Positions 43,722 to 44,378 of a stretch of 44,378 bases of DNA are shown piece after piece. Within the stretch, counting starts at the first letter, position 1, and each line of letters starts with the position of its first letter. The notes beneath the pieces are model-generated. The model saw nothing but the letters and a program-made list of their open reading frames with translations. It searched no databases and was not told where the DNA came from. Source of the stretch: a virus. Its lineage: Duplodnaviria > Caudoviricetes. The DNA lies in IMG/VR virus record IMGVR_UViG_3300031841_001583, positions 1-44,378 of that record; one strand, given 5' to 3'. The position numbers and the translations under genes were made by a program.

Positions 43722-44378
43722 TTAAGTGTATTGGTACCAGACATCTCCACTCGACCCACCCGAAGGTGCGCTTGTGGAGAACGTAACTTCACCAGAGGTG
43801 TAGCTTCCGGTGTGCTTGATGACAGCCTTACCCTCGACACCCAACTTACCAGCAGCAAGACGTGACAGTGTCGTGTCTGTGCTATTCAGTTGGATGTTCT
43901 GGATGTAGGCATTGACCCAGTACTGGGATGAGCCACCGAGCGAGTACGTTGACGTAGCTGATGGTAGGAACGAACCGACGATTGTTATAGGCGAATCGAA
44001 ATAGAACGCAGCCCTGTCGGTGTACATGTGACACCACGAGGCGTTCTTGGGACCGATCTGAATGTAACCATGATCCGTCTGAACTTGCAGCTCGCCGTTT
44101 GCAGATGCCTGCGTCAGGTGAGTATCCGTGGCTAAGTTGATCGCCTTCATGTTGTGCGTTGCACTGGTCGGCCAGTTGATCGCCGTCAGCGCAGAGCCAG
44201 CCGTGAAGTCGTACGAAGCTGCACCCGTTGAGTGATGCCCAAGCAGAGCGTAAGTCCACTCTGTCGTCCTGCCTGTCTCGTTCGTCACCCGAGTGATAGA
44301 CCAGTTGTCAGACAGACCCGCAGTATCCTGAGCGGAGTACATGTAGGTCACTTGCTCGACCCAAATTTGAGGGTACTG
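43722..44378 (-). CDS. Tail fibre protein, 3' part (enters from the window end)
   Basis: Frame open from 44378 (QYPQIWVEQVTY...); GYIQIGPKNASWCHMYTDR; ends STSAPSGGSSGDVWYQY. Confidence 0.8.
   Translation of the reverse strand, partial: QYPQIWVEQVTYMYSAQDTAGLSDNWSITRVTNETGRTTEWTYALLGHHSTGAASYDFTAGSALTAINWPTSATHNMKAINLATDTHLTQASANGELQVQTDHGYIQIGPKNASWCHMYTDRAAFYFDSPITIVGSFLPSATSTYSLGGSSQYWVNAYIQNIQLNSTDTTLSRLAAGKLGVEGKAVIKHTGSYTSGEVTFSTSAPSGGSSGDVWYQYT

Noticed and set aside
42727-44378. Diversity-generating retroelement acting on tail fibres
   Set aside because: No reverse transcriptase and no template/variable repeat pair seen.

Overview
Near-complete genome of a T7-like podophage (Autographiviridae). 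All credible genes are on the minus strand, and both window ends fall inside tail-fibre coding sequence. Read in transcription order: a putative terminal region with short repeats (~37.4-38.3 kb), an early region of small genes (36.9-31.5 kb), single-subunit RNA polymerase, a replication module (SSB, RusA-type resolvase, amidase, primase-helicase, family A DNA polymerase, exonuclease), head, tail and ejection genes, tail fibres, a Hint-domain protein, holin and terminases. No integrase was recognised. Main finding: five intact hammerhead ribozymes on the coding strand, in the spacers of the early operon. One is type III and four are compact type II with a 2-bp stem II and a covarying pseudoknot. 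In the type II copies the core overlaps the next gene's Shine-Dalgarno sequence, and in two of them the upstream stop codon lies in the ribozyme's 5' tail. This suggests self-processing of the early polycistronic mRNA where T7 uses host RNase III. Other signals: a structured ~370-nt leader ending at the first ribozyme, a GC-rich promoter-like motif (GGGGGGGCCAACCCCAGA, 6 copies), IHF consensus sites beside two of those copies, and an RNAP lacking T7's basic AT-rich recognition loop. All calls were made by eye, with no database searches or folding runs.
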